A DNA stretch of 64,000 nucleotides from Vicinamibacterales bacterium (GCA_965263055.1 OZ253581.1:553650-617649), one strand, 5' to 3'; numbered from the stretch's first letter, positions 24,456 to 34,319 are shown. Notes: a model not told the origin generated them from the sequence alone. Program-made: numbers and translations.

Positions 24456-26954
24456 CTACTGGCCGGCCCCTCCCGATGTGGACGTTCCGCCCGGCTGGAG
24501 GTGCGTGACCGACTCCGTGACGCTGTCGATCTTCTCGCGGGAATAGAAGATCGGCACGTAACGGTCCCGGGCCCACACTTCGAACAGGTCGCGGTAGTGG
24601 GGGTTGTCTGGATCGCCCGACTGGCCGGGGGTGTTCAAGCCGACCGAGTTGTCCCAGTCGGCGGTCTCGGTAATCAGCATGAACGACGCGCCGGAGGTCT
24701 GGTTGTCGCCATTGCCGGTGTTGTGGACGGTCCCCCCGTAGCCGCCACGCGGGAACGGGCCGACGTCGAGGCGGCGGCGGAGATCCTCGTTCACCGCGGC
24801 GCTCATCGGATGACGGATCAACGCATGCTTGAACTGCTCGCCGCCATAGCGCCAGGTCGTCGTTTCGGTAGTGCCGAAGCGTTCCCCCAGGCTGTCGAGC
24901 GCCGCCGCCAGCGAATCGCGCAGCACCCGGTCGCGGCCGGCGATGGGATCGTCGCCGAAGCGGCCGTCGGGGGCCGTCAGCCAATCGATCATCCGCTTCG
25001 TGTTGATACCCCCGATGTAGTCGCGCACAGATTCCGGCACGACCACGTCGCGGACGGCGGCGCGCAGCTCGCGGTTCCAGCTCACGTAGATCGCCGCTTC
25101 GACGGAATCCTTGCCGAGCACCGCGTCCCAGGCGAGCAGCATCTCGCGGGCGCGGGCGGAACGGTCATCGATCCCCGGAACGTCGCGCAACAGCGGCACC
25201 AGGTTGCGCGCGGCGACCGACAGTTCATCCATCTGCAGTCGCATGTTGTCGATGACCGTCATGTGCCGGGCGTTGGCGAGCACCTCCTCGACGCGAGCGA
25301 CGCGCATCTGATCGCCCCAGGTGTAGTGGAGCGCCTCCCAGTGGGGGTATTTCGCCGGGTTGTCCAGCAGTGTGTAGTTGTTCGCCGTTCCGAAGTACCC
25401 CTTCTCCGGGTTGTGGACGCTCGGAAGCGCCTTGATCGGCAGGAAGCCGTCCCACTCGTAGCGTCCGTCTCCCGGCACCGGCACCAGGCCGCTGTGGTTC
25501 GGCCGGATCGGGGAGACCCCCACCGCCTGGTACCCGATGTTGCCGGCCCGGTCGGCCCAGACCATGTTCTCCGACGGGATCCGGCTGTAGTTGCACGCCT
25601 CGACGAACTCCTCCCACGTGGTCGCCTGATCCATCCGAAGGCTCGCCAGGTAGGGGGCCGAGCCGTAGTCGAGCCATGCCGCCCGAACCGCGTAGGCCAC
25701 GTTGTTCGCCGTGTCCTCGTAGACGACCGGGCCGTGGCGCGTGTACTTCAGTTCCACCTCCACGTCCGCGTCGCCCTTGACCGGGATCGTGTCGGTCCTG
25801 ACGATCATCGACTCCCAGCCACCCAGGTAGCGGTACTGGTTCGGGTCGGCCGGGTTCGTCTCGTAGACGTACAGATCCTCGTTGTCCTGGCCGAAGACGG
25901 TCAGTCCCCACGCGCCGTGCTCATTGTGGCCGATCGAGATGCCCGGCAGCACCGGCTCGCCGCCACCGATGACGTTCCATCCCGGCGCCACCAGGTGGAC
26001 CCAGTAGCGGAGCGACGGCGCCGACTGCGCGCGGTGGGGATCGTTCGCCATGATCGGATAGCCGCTCAGCGTCCGCGTCCCGTGCACCACCCAGTTGTTG
26101 CTGCCGATGGCGTCCTGCTCCTGCCCCATCAGATCCATCTCGGACGGCATCGCCGCCGCCAACCGCTCGAACGTCTCGCGGTCACCCCGGTAGGCGACGG
26201 TGATGTCCTCCGGCTCGAAGCGGACGGACCGCCGGTGGGCACGGTACCGATCGAGGATCGCGCCTGACAGGAGTGACGCGTCGACCGCCGGATCGAGCGT
26301 CAGGTCCGGATCGCCGATGAAGTAGTTCAGCTCCCCTACGGCGTCGGGTCCCAGCTCGGCGACGGCCAGCGCGCGGTTGATCTCCGACGTCACATTCGAC
26401 ACCAGGCCCTGATGCCGCGACACCACCACCTCCGGCGTCCAGCGCCCCGGCGTGATGCCGAGCAGTTGGAACTCGATCGGGAGCAGGTCCGGCTCCTGCT
26501 CGGTCCGGGCGACATAGGCATTGATGCCGTCGACGAACGCCGGGATGATCGTGTCGCCGCGGTCGTGGTAGTGGCGCATCTCGGTCGTCAGGTCGCCCCG
26601 GAACTGGAACAGCCGGGTACTGATGTCGCGTTCCAGCTCGCGCGGTCCGAGCATCTCGGCCACCGTGCCGGTAGCCTGCCTCCGCCACATCTCGAACTGG
26701 AACAGCCGGTCGCGCGCCGCGGCGTAGCCCTGCGCGAAGAAGAGGTCATGCTCGTTCTCCGCATAGATGTGGGAGATGCCCCACCGGTCGGTCACGATCT
26801 CGACCGGCGCCTCCAAACCGGTAGTCCGGAGCGGCTCGGTCGCCACGTCCTGCGCCGCCGCCGGAGCGCCGAAATGGCCCGGGCCGCCGGTCAGCAGCAC
26901 CGTGCAGACCGACGCCGCGCCGACCGCGAACCGGGTCCTCAGAAACCGTGCCAT
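24456..26954 (-). CDS. Penicillin acylase family protein (Ntn hydrolase, S45; possibly an acyl-homoserine-lactone/beta-lactam acylase)
   Basis: Signal peptide. Autoprocessing/nucleophile site GSNNWVV. Family-typical WGISHIYA and FFAQGYAAARDRLFQFE segments. Confidence 0.85.
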   Translation of the reverse strand: MARFLRTRFAVGAASVCTVLLTGGPGHFGAPAAAQDVATEPLRTTGLEAPVEIVTDRWGISHIYAENEHDLFFAQGYAAARDRLFQFEMWRRQATGTVAEMLGPRELERDISTRLFQFRGDLTTEMRHYHDRGDTIIPAFVDGINAYVARTEQEPDLLPIEFQLLGITPGRWTPEVVVSRHQGLVSNVTSEINRALAVAELGPDAVGELNYFIGDPDLTLDPAVDASLLSGAILDRYRAHRRSVRFEPEDITVAYRGDRETFERLAAAMPSEMDLMGQEQDAIGSNNWVVHGTRTLSGYPIMANDPHRAQSAPSLRYWVHLVAPGWNVIGGGEPVLPGISIGHNEHGAWGLTVFGQDNEDLYVYETNPADPNQYRYLGGWESMIVRTDTIPVKGDADVEVELKYTRHGPVVYEDTANNVAYAVRAAWLDYGSAPYLASLRMDQATTWEEFVEACNYSRIPSENMVWADRAGNIGYQAVGVSPIRPNHSGLVPVPGDGRYEWDGFLPIKALPSVHNPEKGYFGTANNYTLLDNPAKYPHWEALHYTWGDQMRVARVEEVLANARHMTVIDNMRLQMDELSVAARNLVPLLRDVPGIDDRSARAREMLLAWDAVLGKDSVEAAIYVSWNRELRAAVRDVVVPESVRDYIGGINTKRMIDWLTAPDGRFGDDPIAGRDRVLRDSLAAALDSLGERFGTTETTTWRYGGEQFKHALIRHPMSAAVNEDLRRRLDVGPFPRGGYGGTVHNTGNGDNQTSGASFMLITETADWDNSVGLNTPGQSGDPDNPHYRDLFEVWARDRYVPIFYSREKIDSVTESVTHLQPGGTSTSGGAGQ

Positions 26955-27003
26955 GTTGCGCTCCTCCCCAATGCCGCTCGTTTTCCGGCATTATAGCGAG
27001 CCG

Positions 27004-28440
27004 ATGGCTGACAGCGCGCCGCCGCCGCGGAACGCTCTCGTCGCCTCCGAGGACTGGTGGGCGGTCTGGATGGCAGGATTGATGCTGGCCGCGACGGTGG
27101 GCGGCCTGATCGCCTTCGTCCCGGGCGTCGGCCGCTGGAGCACGCTGCCGTTCGAGGCGTTTGCCGGCCGCGAATGGGGGCTGCTCGCACTCGGACTGGG
27201 TCTGGCGTCGCTGACCGCGGCGGCGGTACAGGTGATTTCGGGCGATGGCGCCCGGCAGGCGCGGGCCTTCGTTCCGCTCTTCGCCCTGGCGGTGATCGCC
27301 TACGTCTGCGCCAACCAGGCGGGCGTCCGGGCGGCCGGCTTCGGCTACGCCTTCTGGGGGCTGCTGATCGGCCTCGCGATTGCCAACACCGTCGGGACGC
27401 CGTCGTGGCTGCGGCCCGCGATTCGGAGCGAGCTGTACATCAAGACCGGCCTGGTGCTGCTCGGCGCCGAGGTGCTGTTCGGCAACATCCTGAGCCTGGG
27501 GTTGCCGGGACTGTTCGTCGCCTGGTTCGTCACGCCGGTTGTCATCATCTTCATGTACCAGTTCGGGACACGCGTTCTCGGCATCGCGAGCCGGTCCCTC
27601 GTCATCGTCATCGCCGCCGCGGCGTCGGTCTGTGGCGTATCGGCGGCCATCGCCGTCGCCGCCGCCGCCCGCGCCCCCAAGCAGGAACTGACGCTGGCGG
27701 TCGGCATGTCGCTTATCTTCACCGTGGCGATGATGGTGCTGATGCCCCTCGTCGTCCGTGCTGCCGGGATGGACCTGGTAGTGGGCGCCGCGTGGATCGG
27801 CGGCACGGTCGACGCGACGGGCGCCGTCGTCGCCGCCGGGGCGCTGCTGGGCGAGCAGGCGGAACAGATTGCGGCCGTCGTCAAGATGATTCAGAACATG
27901 CTGATCGGCGTCGTGGCATTCCTGGTGGCGGTCTTCTGGGTAACCCGGATCGAGGCAACCGGCGCCCGCAAGCCCGACGCGATGGAGATCTGGCACCGCC
28001 TGCCGAAGTTCATCATCGGCTTCGTCGCGGCATCGCTCGTCTTCTCGTTCGTCCTGACGCCGTCGCTCGGCGCGGCGCGGGTCACCGAGGCGCTCGATCT
28101 CACCTCCGACCTTCGCGGCTGGCTCTTCTGCCTGGCGTTCGTCAGCATCGGGCTGGAGTCCAGCTTCCGCGAGCTGGCGCGCCACGCCGGGGGCAGCCGC
28201 CCGATTCAGCTCTATGTCACGGGCCAGGCATTCAACGTCGTGTTGACGCTGGTCGCCGCGTACCTCGCGTTCGGCGGGATCCTGTTCGATCGGCCGATGG
28301 AGGCGGACGCTGCCGGCGGCGGGGCGGGCGGAACGGCCACCGCGATCGAAGCTAACCTCGCCGCCGGACGGGATGCAACGGGGCTCTTCTATACCGAAGT
28401 GGACGGCTGGCAGACGCTGGTGATCGATCGGAATCCGTAG
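27004..28440 (+). CDS. YeiH/UPF0324-family membrane transporter (putative sulfate exporter family)
   Basis: About 11 TM helices. Segments LYIKTGLVLLGAEV and VCGVSAAIAVAAA are typical of the family. Start at MADSAPP (27004); upstream codons overlap the divergent gene. Confidence 0.7.
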   Translation: MADSAPPPRNALVASEDWWAVWMAGLMLAATVGGLIAFVPGVGRWSTLPFEAFAGREWGLLALGLGLASLTAAAVQVISGDGARQARAFVPLFALAVIAYVCANQAGVRAAGFGYAFWGLLIGLAIANTVGTPSWLRPAIRSELYIKTGLVLLGAEVLFGNILSLGLPGLFVAWFVTPVVIIFMYQFGTRVLGIASRSLVIVIAAAASVCGVSAAIAVAAAARAPKQELTLAVGMSLIFTVAMMVLMPLVVRAAGMDLVVGAAWIGGTVDATGAVVAAGALLGEQAEQIAAVVKMIQNMLIGVVAFLVAVFWVTRIEATGARKPDAMEIWHRLPKFIIGFVAASLVFSFVLTPSLGAARVTEALDLTSDLRGWLFCLAFVSIGLESSFRELARHAGGSRPIQLYVTGQAFNVVLTLVAAYLAFGGILFDRPMEADAAGGGAGGTATAIEANLAAGRDATGLFYTEVDGWQTLVIDRNP

Positions 28441-28445
28441 ACAGC

Positions 28446-29489
28446 TCAGCCTCCCGAGCGGCGGCGCCGGAAGTACTCCACCTGGAACTCGCGCACGTTG
28501 CGGTTGTGTTCGCGCAGCGTGCGGGCGAAGGCGTGCGTGCCGTCGTTGCGGCTGACGAAGTAGAGGTAGTCGACGTCCGCCGGCGCGAGCGTCGCCTGCA
28601 GCACCGCGCGGCCCGGCGCGGCGATCGGGCCGGGCGGCAGCCCCCGGTAGCGGTACGTGTTGTAGGGGGAATCGAACTGGAGGTTGGCGCGGGTCAGGTT
28701 GCCGTCGTAGGCGCCCGCCTGGGTCAGCGCGTAGATGACAGTCGGATCGCTCTGGAGCGGCATGCCGATCCGGAGGCGGTTGTTGAACACTGCCGACACG
28801 AGGTCATGCTCGGACGCCTGTCCGGTTTCCTTCTGAATGACCGAGGCGAGCGTCACCACGTCGCGCACGGCCAGGCCGCGCTCGGCGGCGCGCGCCCGCA
28901 TCCCGGCGTCGAGCACCTCACGGAACTGCGCCACCATCGCCGCCACGAGGTCGCGGGCGGTCGTATCGCGCGGCAGGGAGTAGGTCTCCGGGAACAGGTA
29001 CCCCTCGAGATCCGTGGCGTCCGTATCGAGATCGGCGACCAACGACGGGTCCGAGGCCGCATCGAGGAACGCCGCCGCCTCGCCGATGCCGGACGCCTCG
29101 ACGATTGCCGCCATCTCCGGCAGCGTCAACCCTTCGGGAAACGTGATCGGCCGAAGGAAGACCCGGCCTTCGGCAATCGTGGCGACAACATCGAGAGGTG
29201 CGATCGGCGTCTCGAAGTAGTACTCCCCCGCCTGCAGATCGCGGTCACGGCCGCTCTGCCAGAGTGCGAGGCGGAACGTCAGCTCGTCCGCCACCACCCC
29301 CGCGTCCACCAGGCGCGCGGCAATGACCCGCGCCCCCTCGCCCGGCGCGACGTCGACGAATACGCCGCCGGCCGGCAGGCCGGCATGGGGCGCCGCCAGA
29401 CGCCTCTCGAACTCCTGCCAGGCGTAGAGCCCGCCCAACCCCGCCAGCAGGAGCAGGCAGACGAGCGCGATCAGCAGACGCCTTAACAT
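28446..29489 (-). CDS. mltG: Endolytic murein transglycosylase MltG (YceG-like)
   Basis: N-terminal TM anchor. LASVIQKE catalytic-Glu segment. SPYNTYRYRGLPPGPIAAPG signature. Confidence 0.85.
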   Translation of the reverse strand: MLRRLLIALVCLLLLAGLGGLYAWQEFERRLAAPHAGLPAGGVFVDVAPGEGARVIAARLVDAGVVADELTFRLALWQSGRDRDLQAGEYYFETPIAPLDVVATIAEGRVFLRPITFPEGLTLPEMAAIVEASGIGEAAAFLDAASDPSLVADLDTDATDLEGYLFPETYSLPRDTTARDLVAAMVAQFREVLDAGMRARAAERGLAVRDVVTLASVIQKETGQASEHDLVSAVFNNRLRIGMPLQSDPTVIYALTQAGAYDGNLTRANLQFDSPYNTYRYRGLPPGPIAAPGRAVLQATLAPADVDYLYFVSRNDGTHAFARTLREHNRNVREFQVEYFRRRRSGG

Positions 29490-29920
29490 CCGCCGCTCTC
29501 CGCGTCGAGGTGGTCCTGCAGGATGACTGCCGCGGCCGCGGCGTCAAGCTGCTTCTTGCGGCGGCGCCAGTTGCGCTCGCGCGCGGCCAGGCGCTGATCC
29601 GCCTCCACGCTGCTGAGGCGCTCGTCGTGCAACGCCACCGGTACGTCGACCGACCGCCGAAGCGCGTCGACAAACGTGAGCACACGGGCGGTCTGCTCGT
29701 GGGCAGCACCATCGAGGCGGCGCGGCAGGCCGACCACCACCCTCTTCAGGCCATCCGACTCGGCCGCGAGCATCGCCACCTGGCCCGCCACTGCCGCCGC
29801 GCGGGCGCCGGCCGGGCCGCTCGGTGCAATAGTCCGCAACGGCCGGGCCAGCGTCCCGGTCGGGTCGCTCACCGCCAGCCCGATGCGCCGTTCGCCGTAG
29901 TCGATTCCCAGAACGCGCAT
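29483..29920 (-). CDS. ruvX: Putative pre-16S rRNA nuclease / Holliday-junction-resolvase-like YqgF
   Basis: MRVLGIDYGERRIGLAVSD N-terminus and DERLSSVEA motif. Start at the internal Met. Confidence 0.85.
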   Translation of the reverse strand: MRVLGIDYGERRIGLAVSDPTGTLARPLRTIAPSGPAGARAAAVAGQVAMLAAESDGLKRVVVGLPRRLDGAAHEQTARVLTFVDALRRSVDVPVALHDERLSSVEADQRLAARERNWRRRKKQLDAAAAAVILQDHLDAESGGC

Positions 29921-30051
29921 CTGCGGATGTCCGGCGGCGCCCATATCCCGCCGCGCTCATCCCTCAGACTACGTCCCGACCGTGGGAGGTGTCCACTCAT
30001 TCGCCGATCCGGTAATATTGCGTTTGCACCCACGTAACGTGGAACCTGAAC

Positions 30052-31232
30052 ATGTTGAGCAAGACCCGGCTTACCGTCCTGCTGGCTACCGTTTCGGTAG
30101 TCATCTTCACGCTGATCGGCGGCTATCTCGGACGCGTCTCCGCCGGCGAAGACACCTACCGGCACCTGCGCGTCTTCGAGGACGTCGTGTCGCTCATCTC
30201 GAACAACTACGTCGAGGAAGTGAATCTCGACGAAGTGGTGGACGGCGCGCTCCGCGGCTTGGCGGAGGGACTCGACTCCGACAGCGCCTACCTGACGCCC
30301 GAGGATGCGGATCGGATCGAGCGGGGCGAGCCACTACCGGACGGCCGGGTCGGCGCGGAGATCACCCGCCGCTACTACCTGCAGGTGGTCGCCTCGCTGG
30401 AGGGCTCTCCGGCGGCCAGGGCGAATATGCTGCCGGGCGACTTCATTCGAGCCGTCGACGGCCGGCCGACGCGGCTCCTCTCGGCGGTCGAGGGCCAGAG
30501 GCTGCTCCGGGGCGAGCCGGGCACTGACGTGACGCTGTCGCTCATCCGCGGCAGCACCCAGGAACCGTACGACATCACGCTGACGCGCGAAGCGTTGACT
30601 GCCCCCCCTGCGGCAGGACGGATGCTGACCGGCGAGGGCGCAGGCATAGGCTACCTGCGGATTCCCGCCTTCGGCGACGCCGCCGCTATCGAGATCGCCG
30701 ACGCTGCGGCGGCCCTGGCGGGCAGCGGTGCGACACACCTGATCGTGGACCTCCGCGGCACGGCTGAAGGAACGTTCGACGGAGCGATCGACGCCGCACA
30801 ACTGTTCGTCGCCGGCGGAGCCATCGCCATCCGCGAGGAGCCGGACGACAGGCAGATGACGATCGAGGCCGGACGGACGCCGCGGCACCGGTCACCCTTC
30901 CCGTCACCTTGCTGACGAACTACGGCACCTCGGGCCCGGCAGAGCTGTTCGCCGCGGCGCTGCTCGATCGCGACCGGGCGATGTCGGTCGGCCAGCAGAC
31001 CTCCGGGCGGACCAGCCTGCAGCGCCTCGTCCGTCTACCCGACGGTTCGGGCCTGTGGATGTCCTGGGCGCGTTACCTGAGCCCGTCCGGGGAAGCGATT
31101 TACCCCTTCGGCCTTCAGCCGGACGTGCCCGTCGAAGTCATCCTCCCGGAACTTGGCGAGCCGCTGCCGGACGAGGATCCGGTGCTCGACCGGGCGATCG
31201 ACGAGATCGCCCGCACGGCTGATACGGCCTGA
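30052..31232 (+). pseudogene. S41 (C-terminal processing peptidase, Ctp/Prc-like) homologue, split by a frameshift near 30870-30880, with catalytic residues substituted
   Basis: ORF 30052..30915 carries the TM anchor, PDZ and start of the protease core. It continues in another frame (...DAAAPVTLPVTLLTNYGTSGPAELFAAALLD...GQQTSGRTSLQ...). The expected GSASASE and TFGKG motifs read GTSGPAE and TSGRT. Confidence 0.6.
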
Positions 31233-31334
31233 GGACCGCCCTGCCGCGCCGTATCCCCGGCCGTCACTGGTATACTGACTGGCTGCCCATGGGGTTTCGA
31301 ACCATTCGTTGCGGGGATTTGCGCCACGCAAGAT

Positions 31335-31411
31335 AGGCGCGTAGCTCAGTTGGTTAGAGCGCCTGCTTGACATGCAGGAGGTCGGCGGTTCGAGTCCGCC
31401 CGTGCCTACCA
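31335..31411 (+). tRNA. tRNA-Val (anticodon GAC), CCA encoded
   Basis: A 77-nt cloverleaf built by hand. Acceptor AGGCGCG/CGUGCCU, D-arm GCUC/GAGC, anticodon stem CCUGC/GCAGG with loop UUGACAU, T-arm GGCGG-UUCGAGU-CCGCC, discriminator A plus CCA. Confidence 0.9.
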
Positions 31412-31488
31412 TGTTCCATGCCCCCTTTTCATCCCTCCAACCGTCGCAGCATGCCCCGCCTGAGCCCGTCCGCTCCGGTGCAGACCGC

Positions 31489-33429
31489 ATGAGCCAGGTA
31501 ACGGTCACGCTGCCGGACGGCTCCACGCGGGCCGTGCCGGCCGGCGCCCCCGTCGCCGATCTGGCGAAGGAGCTGTCGCCGCGTCTGGCGAAGCAGGCGC
31601 TCGCCGCGGTCGTCGACGACCGGATGGTGGACCTCACCTTCCCGCTGGAGGCGGACGCCGCGGTCCGGTTCGTGACCCCCGGCACGCCGGACGCGCTCCA
31701 GCTCTACCGCCACAGCACCGCCCACCTGATGGCGGCGGCGGTGACCGTCCTCTTCCCGGAGGCGCAGTGCGGCATCGGCCCGGCGATCGAAGACGGCTTT
31801 TTCTACGACTTCGTCGTCAACCGCCCGTTCGTGCCGGAGGACCTCGAGGCGATCGAGCGGAAGATGACCGAGATCGCCCGGCGGGATCTCCGCTACGAGC
31901 GGAAGATGATGTCGAAGGAGGAAGCGAAAGCGCATTTCGACGGGCGCGGCGAGCCGCTCAAGGTGCAGTTGATCGAGGAAAAGGGGGGACCTCGGGTCTC
32001 CTGCTACACGATCGAAGACGCCTTCATCGACTTCTGCACCGGCCCGCACGTCCCCTCCACCGGACGGCTCAAGGCGTTCAAGGTGCTGTCGAGCTCGAAC
32101 GCCTACTGGAAGGGGGACGCGCGGAATCAGCCGATGCAGCGGATCTACGGCACCGCGTTCTTCAAGTCGTCGCAGCTGACCGAGCACCTCCATCGCATCG
32201 AGGAGGCGAAGAAGCGCGACCACCGCAAGCTGGGGAAGGAACTGGGACTGTTCACCTTCCATCCCTGGGCGCCCGGCGCGCCGTTCTGGCAGGCAAAGGG
32301 AGCGACGCTCTACCGGCTCCTGTCGGACTACATGCGCGAGGCGCTTGTGGGCGAGGGTTACCAGGAGGTCCGGACGCCACTTGTCTTCAACAAGGCGCTC
32401 TGGGAGACCTCCGGCCACTGGGAGCACTACCGGGAGAACATGTTCCTGGTGGAATCGGACGGCGAGCCGTTCGGCCTGAAGGCGATGAACTGCCCCGGCC
32501 ACATGCTGATGTTCGCGAGCGAGGGCCGCAGCTACCGCGATCTGCCGCTGCGGTTCCACGATCAGGGCGTGCTGCATCGGAACGAGGCGTCCGGCGTGCT
32601 GAGCGGGCTGACCCGCGTCCGGCAGTTCGCGCAGGACGACGCCCACTGCTTCATCACGGAGGATCAGATCGGCGACGAGGTGGAACGGCTTCTCCGCCTG
32701 GTCGACCGGGTCTACACGGACTTCGGCCTCGCCTACGAGGTAGAGCTGTCGACACGGCCGGACGACTACCTGGGCACGGCAGAGGCCTGGGACCATGCGG
32801 AAGCGCAATTGAAGTCAGCGATCGAGGCGACCGCCACGCCGTTCACCATCTCCGAGGGGGATGGCAGCTTCTACGGGCCGAAGATCGACCTGCACGTGAC
32901 CGACGCGCTCGGCCGCCGCTGGCAGTGCGCGACGATTCAGCTCGACTACCAGATGCCGCAGCGCTTCGGCCTGAAGTATGTCGGCGCCGACAACGCCCAG
33001 CACACGCCGGTGCTGATCCATCGCGCGATCTTCGGGAGCTTCGAGCGGTTCATCGCGCTGCTTATCGAGCAGTACGCCGGCGCGTTCCCGCTCTGGCTCG
33101 CGCCGGTGCAGGTCCGCGTCCTGACCATCGCCGACCGGCACATCGGCCATGCGGAAACGGTGCGCGACCATCTCGCGGCGGAAGGATTCCGCGTGGAGCT
33201 GGACGGCCGGCAGGAGAAGATCGGACTGAAGATCCGCGAGGCGCAGCTCCAGAAGATTCCCTTCATGCTGGTCGTCGGCGACCGGGAGACCGAGCAGGGA
33301 ACGGTGGCGGTCCGGAGCCGCACCGCCGGCGATCAGGGGGCGCGCAGTCTGGACAACCTCGTGGGGGCGCTCCACGCCGAGGTGGGCGCGAAGCGATCGG
33401 CGGATCCAGCGGCGGGCCAGACGGGGTAG
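31489..33429 (+). CDS. thrS: Threonine--tRNA ligase
   Basis: TGS domain N-terminus (VTLPDGS...), the HSTAHLMA editing-domain motif and class II core motifs. The track ORF starts inside the tRNA, so the start is moved to MSQVTVTL. Confidence 0.95.
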   Translation: MSQVTVTLPDGSTRAVPAGAPVADLAKELSPRLAKQALAAVVDDRMVDLTFPLEADAAVRFVTPGTPDALQLYRHSTAHLMAAAVTVLFPEAQCGIGPAIEDGFFYDFVVNRPFVPEDLEAIERKMTEIARRDLRYERKMMSKEEAKAHFDGRGEPLKVQLIEEKGGPRVSCYTIEDAFIDFCTGPHVPSTGRLKAFKVLSSSNAYWKGDARNQPMQRIYGTAFFKSSQLTEHLHRIEEAKKRDHRKLGKELGLFTFHPWAPGAPFWQAKGATLYRLLSDYMREALVGEGYQEVRTPLVFNKALWETSGHWEHYRENMFLVESDGEPFGLKAMNCPGHMLMFASEGRSYRDLPLRFHDQGVLHRNEASGVLSGLTRVRQFAQDDAHCFITEDQIGDEVERLLRLVDRVYTDFGLAYEVELSTRPDDYLGTAEAWDHAEAQLKSAIEATATPFTISEGDGSFYGPKIDLHVTDALGRRWQCATIQLDYQMPQRFGLKYVGADNAQHTPVLIHRAIFGSFERFIALLIEQYAGAFPLWLAPVQVRVLTIADRHIGHAETVRDHLAAEGFRVELDGRQEKIGLKIREAQLQKIPFMLVVGDRETEQGTVAVRSRTAGDQGARSLDNLVGALHAEVGAKRSADPAAGQTG

Positions 33430-33481
33430 ACTGTCCGTTCGCGGCGAGCCGCGGACGAACGTAACGAAGGGAGCAATAGAG

Positions 33482-34051
33482 ATTCCTCCAGGACGGGGCC
33501 CCCGAGGGCCACGCCGCGACTTTCGTCAGCCGCGTACACGGGTCAACGACCGGATTCGGGTTCGTGAGATCCGCGTCATCAACGATGAGGGCGAGCAACT
33601 CGGCTTGATGGCGCCGGCGGACGCGCTCGCCATTGCGCGTGAGAAGGGGCTCGACCTAGTCGAGATTTCGGCGACGGCGCGGCCGCCGGTCTGCCGGATC
33701 ATGGACTTCGGGCGGTACCAGTACGAGGAGCAGAAGCGAACGCGGCTGGCACGGAAGCATCAGAAGACGATCGAGGTCAAGGAGATCAAGTTCCGTCCGA
33801 AGGTGGACGAGCACGACTATCAGTTCAAGAAGAAGCATGTGGAACGCTTCCTTGCCCACGGCGACAAGGTGAAGGCGACGATCTTCTTCCGCGGGCGGGA
33901 AATGGCGCACCCTGACTTCGGCCGCCACATCCTCGATCGGCTGGTCGACGAGTTGCAGGAGGTGGCGGTGCAGGAGACCGCGCCGCGCATGGAAGGGAAC
34001 CAGATGCATACGATCCTGTCGAGCCGCGTGGTGACGAAGAAGCGGCGGTAG
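33482..34051 (+). CDS. infC: Translation initiation factor IF-3, non-canonical AUU start
   Basis: The conserved N-domain ...RVNDRIRVREIRVINDEGEQLGLM lies upstream of the track start and is in frame. AAGGGAG SD lies 8 nt upstream of ATT at 33482. There is no ATG/GTG/TTG in that stretch. Confidence 0.8.
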   Translation: MPPGRGPRGPRRDFRQPRTRVNDRIRVREIRVINDEGEQLGLMAPADALAIAREKGLDLVEISATARPPVCRIMDFGRYQYEEQKRTRLARKHQKTIEVKEIKFRPKVDEHDYQFKKKHVERFLAHGDKVKATIFFRGREMAHPDFGRHILDRLVDELQEVAVQETAPRMEGNQMHTILSSRVVTKKRR

Positions 34052-34079
34052 CAGGCAGGGGACGTGACGGAGACGACAG

Positions 34080-34277
34080 ATGCCGAAGCTGAAAACCCAT
34101 CGTGGCGCGGCGAAACGCTTCAACCGGACCGGCACCGGCAAGGTGACGCGGAAGAAGGCGTTCGCGCGGCACATCCTGACCACGAAGACGACGAAACAGA
34201 AGCGGAAGCTGCGCGGTACGACGACGGTCTCCGACGTTGACACTCCACGCGTCGCGCGGATGATTCCTTACAAGTAA
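34080..34277 (+). CDS. rpmI: 50S ribosomal protein L35
   Basis: [14 protein letters not shown]... is the canonical L35 N-terminus. Confidence 0.95.
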   Translation: MPKLKTHRGAAKRFNRTGTGKVTRKKAFARHILTTKTTKQKRKLRGTTTVSDVDTPRVARMIPYK

Positions 34278-34319
34278 CGGCCGGCAGGCACAGGCAAGGA
34301 CAGGAAGGACGCCAGCACC

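Noticed and set aside
30860-30915. Possible programmed ribosomal frameshift joining the two S41 peptidase ORFs.
   Set aside because: There is no slippery heptamer or obvious stimulatory structure at the frame switch. A mutation or sequencing error is more parsimonious.
31372-31488. The track start of thrS (685 aa) begins inside tRNA-Val.
   Set aside because: The first 39 codons overlap the tRNA T-arm and the intergenic leader. The conserved ThrRS TGS domain starts at MSQVTVTLPDGS (31489).
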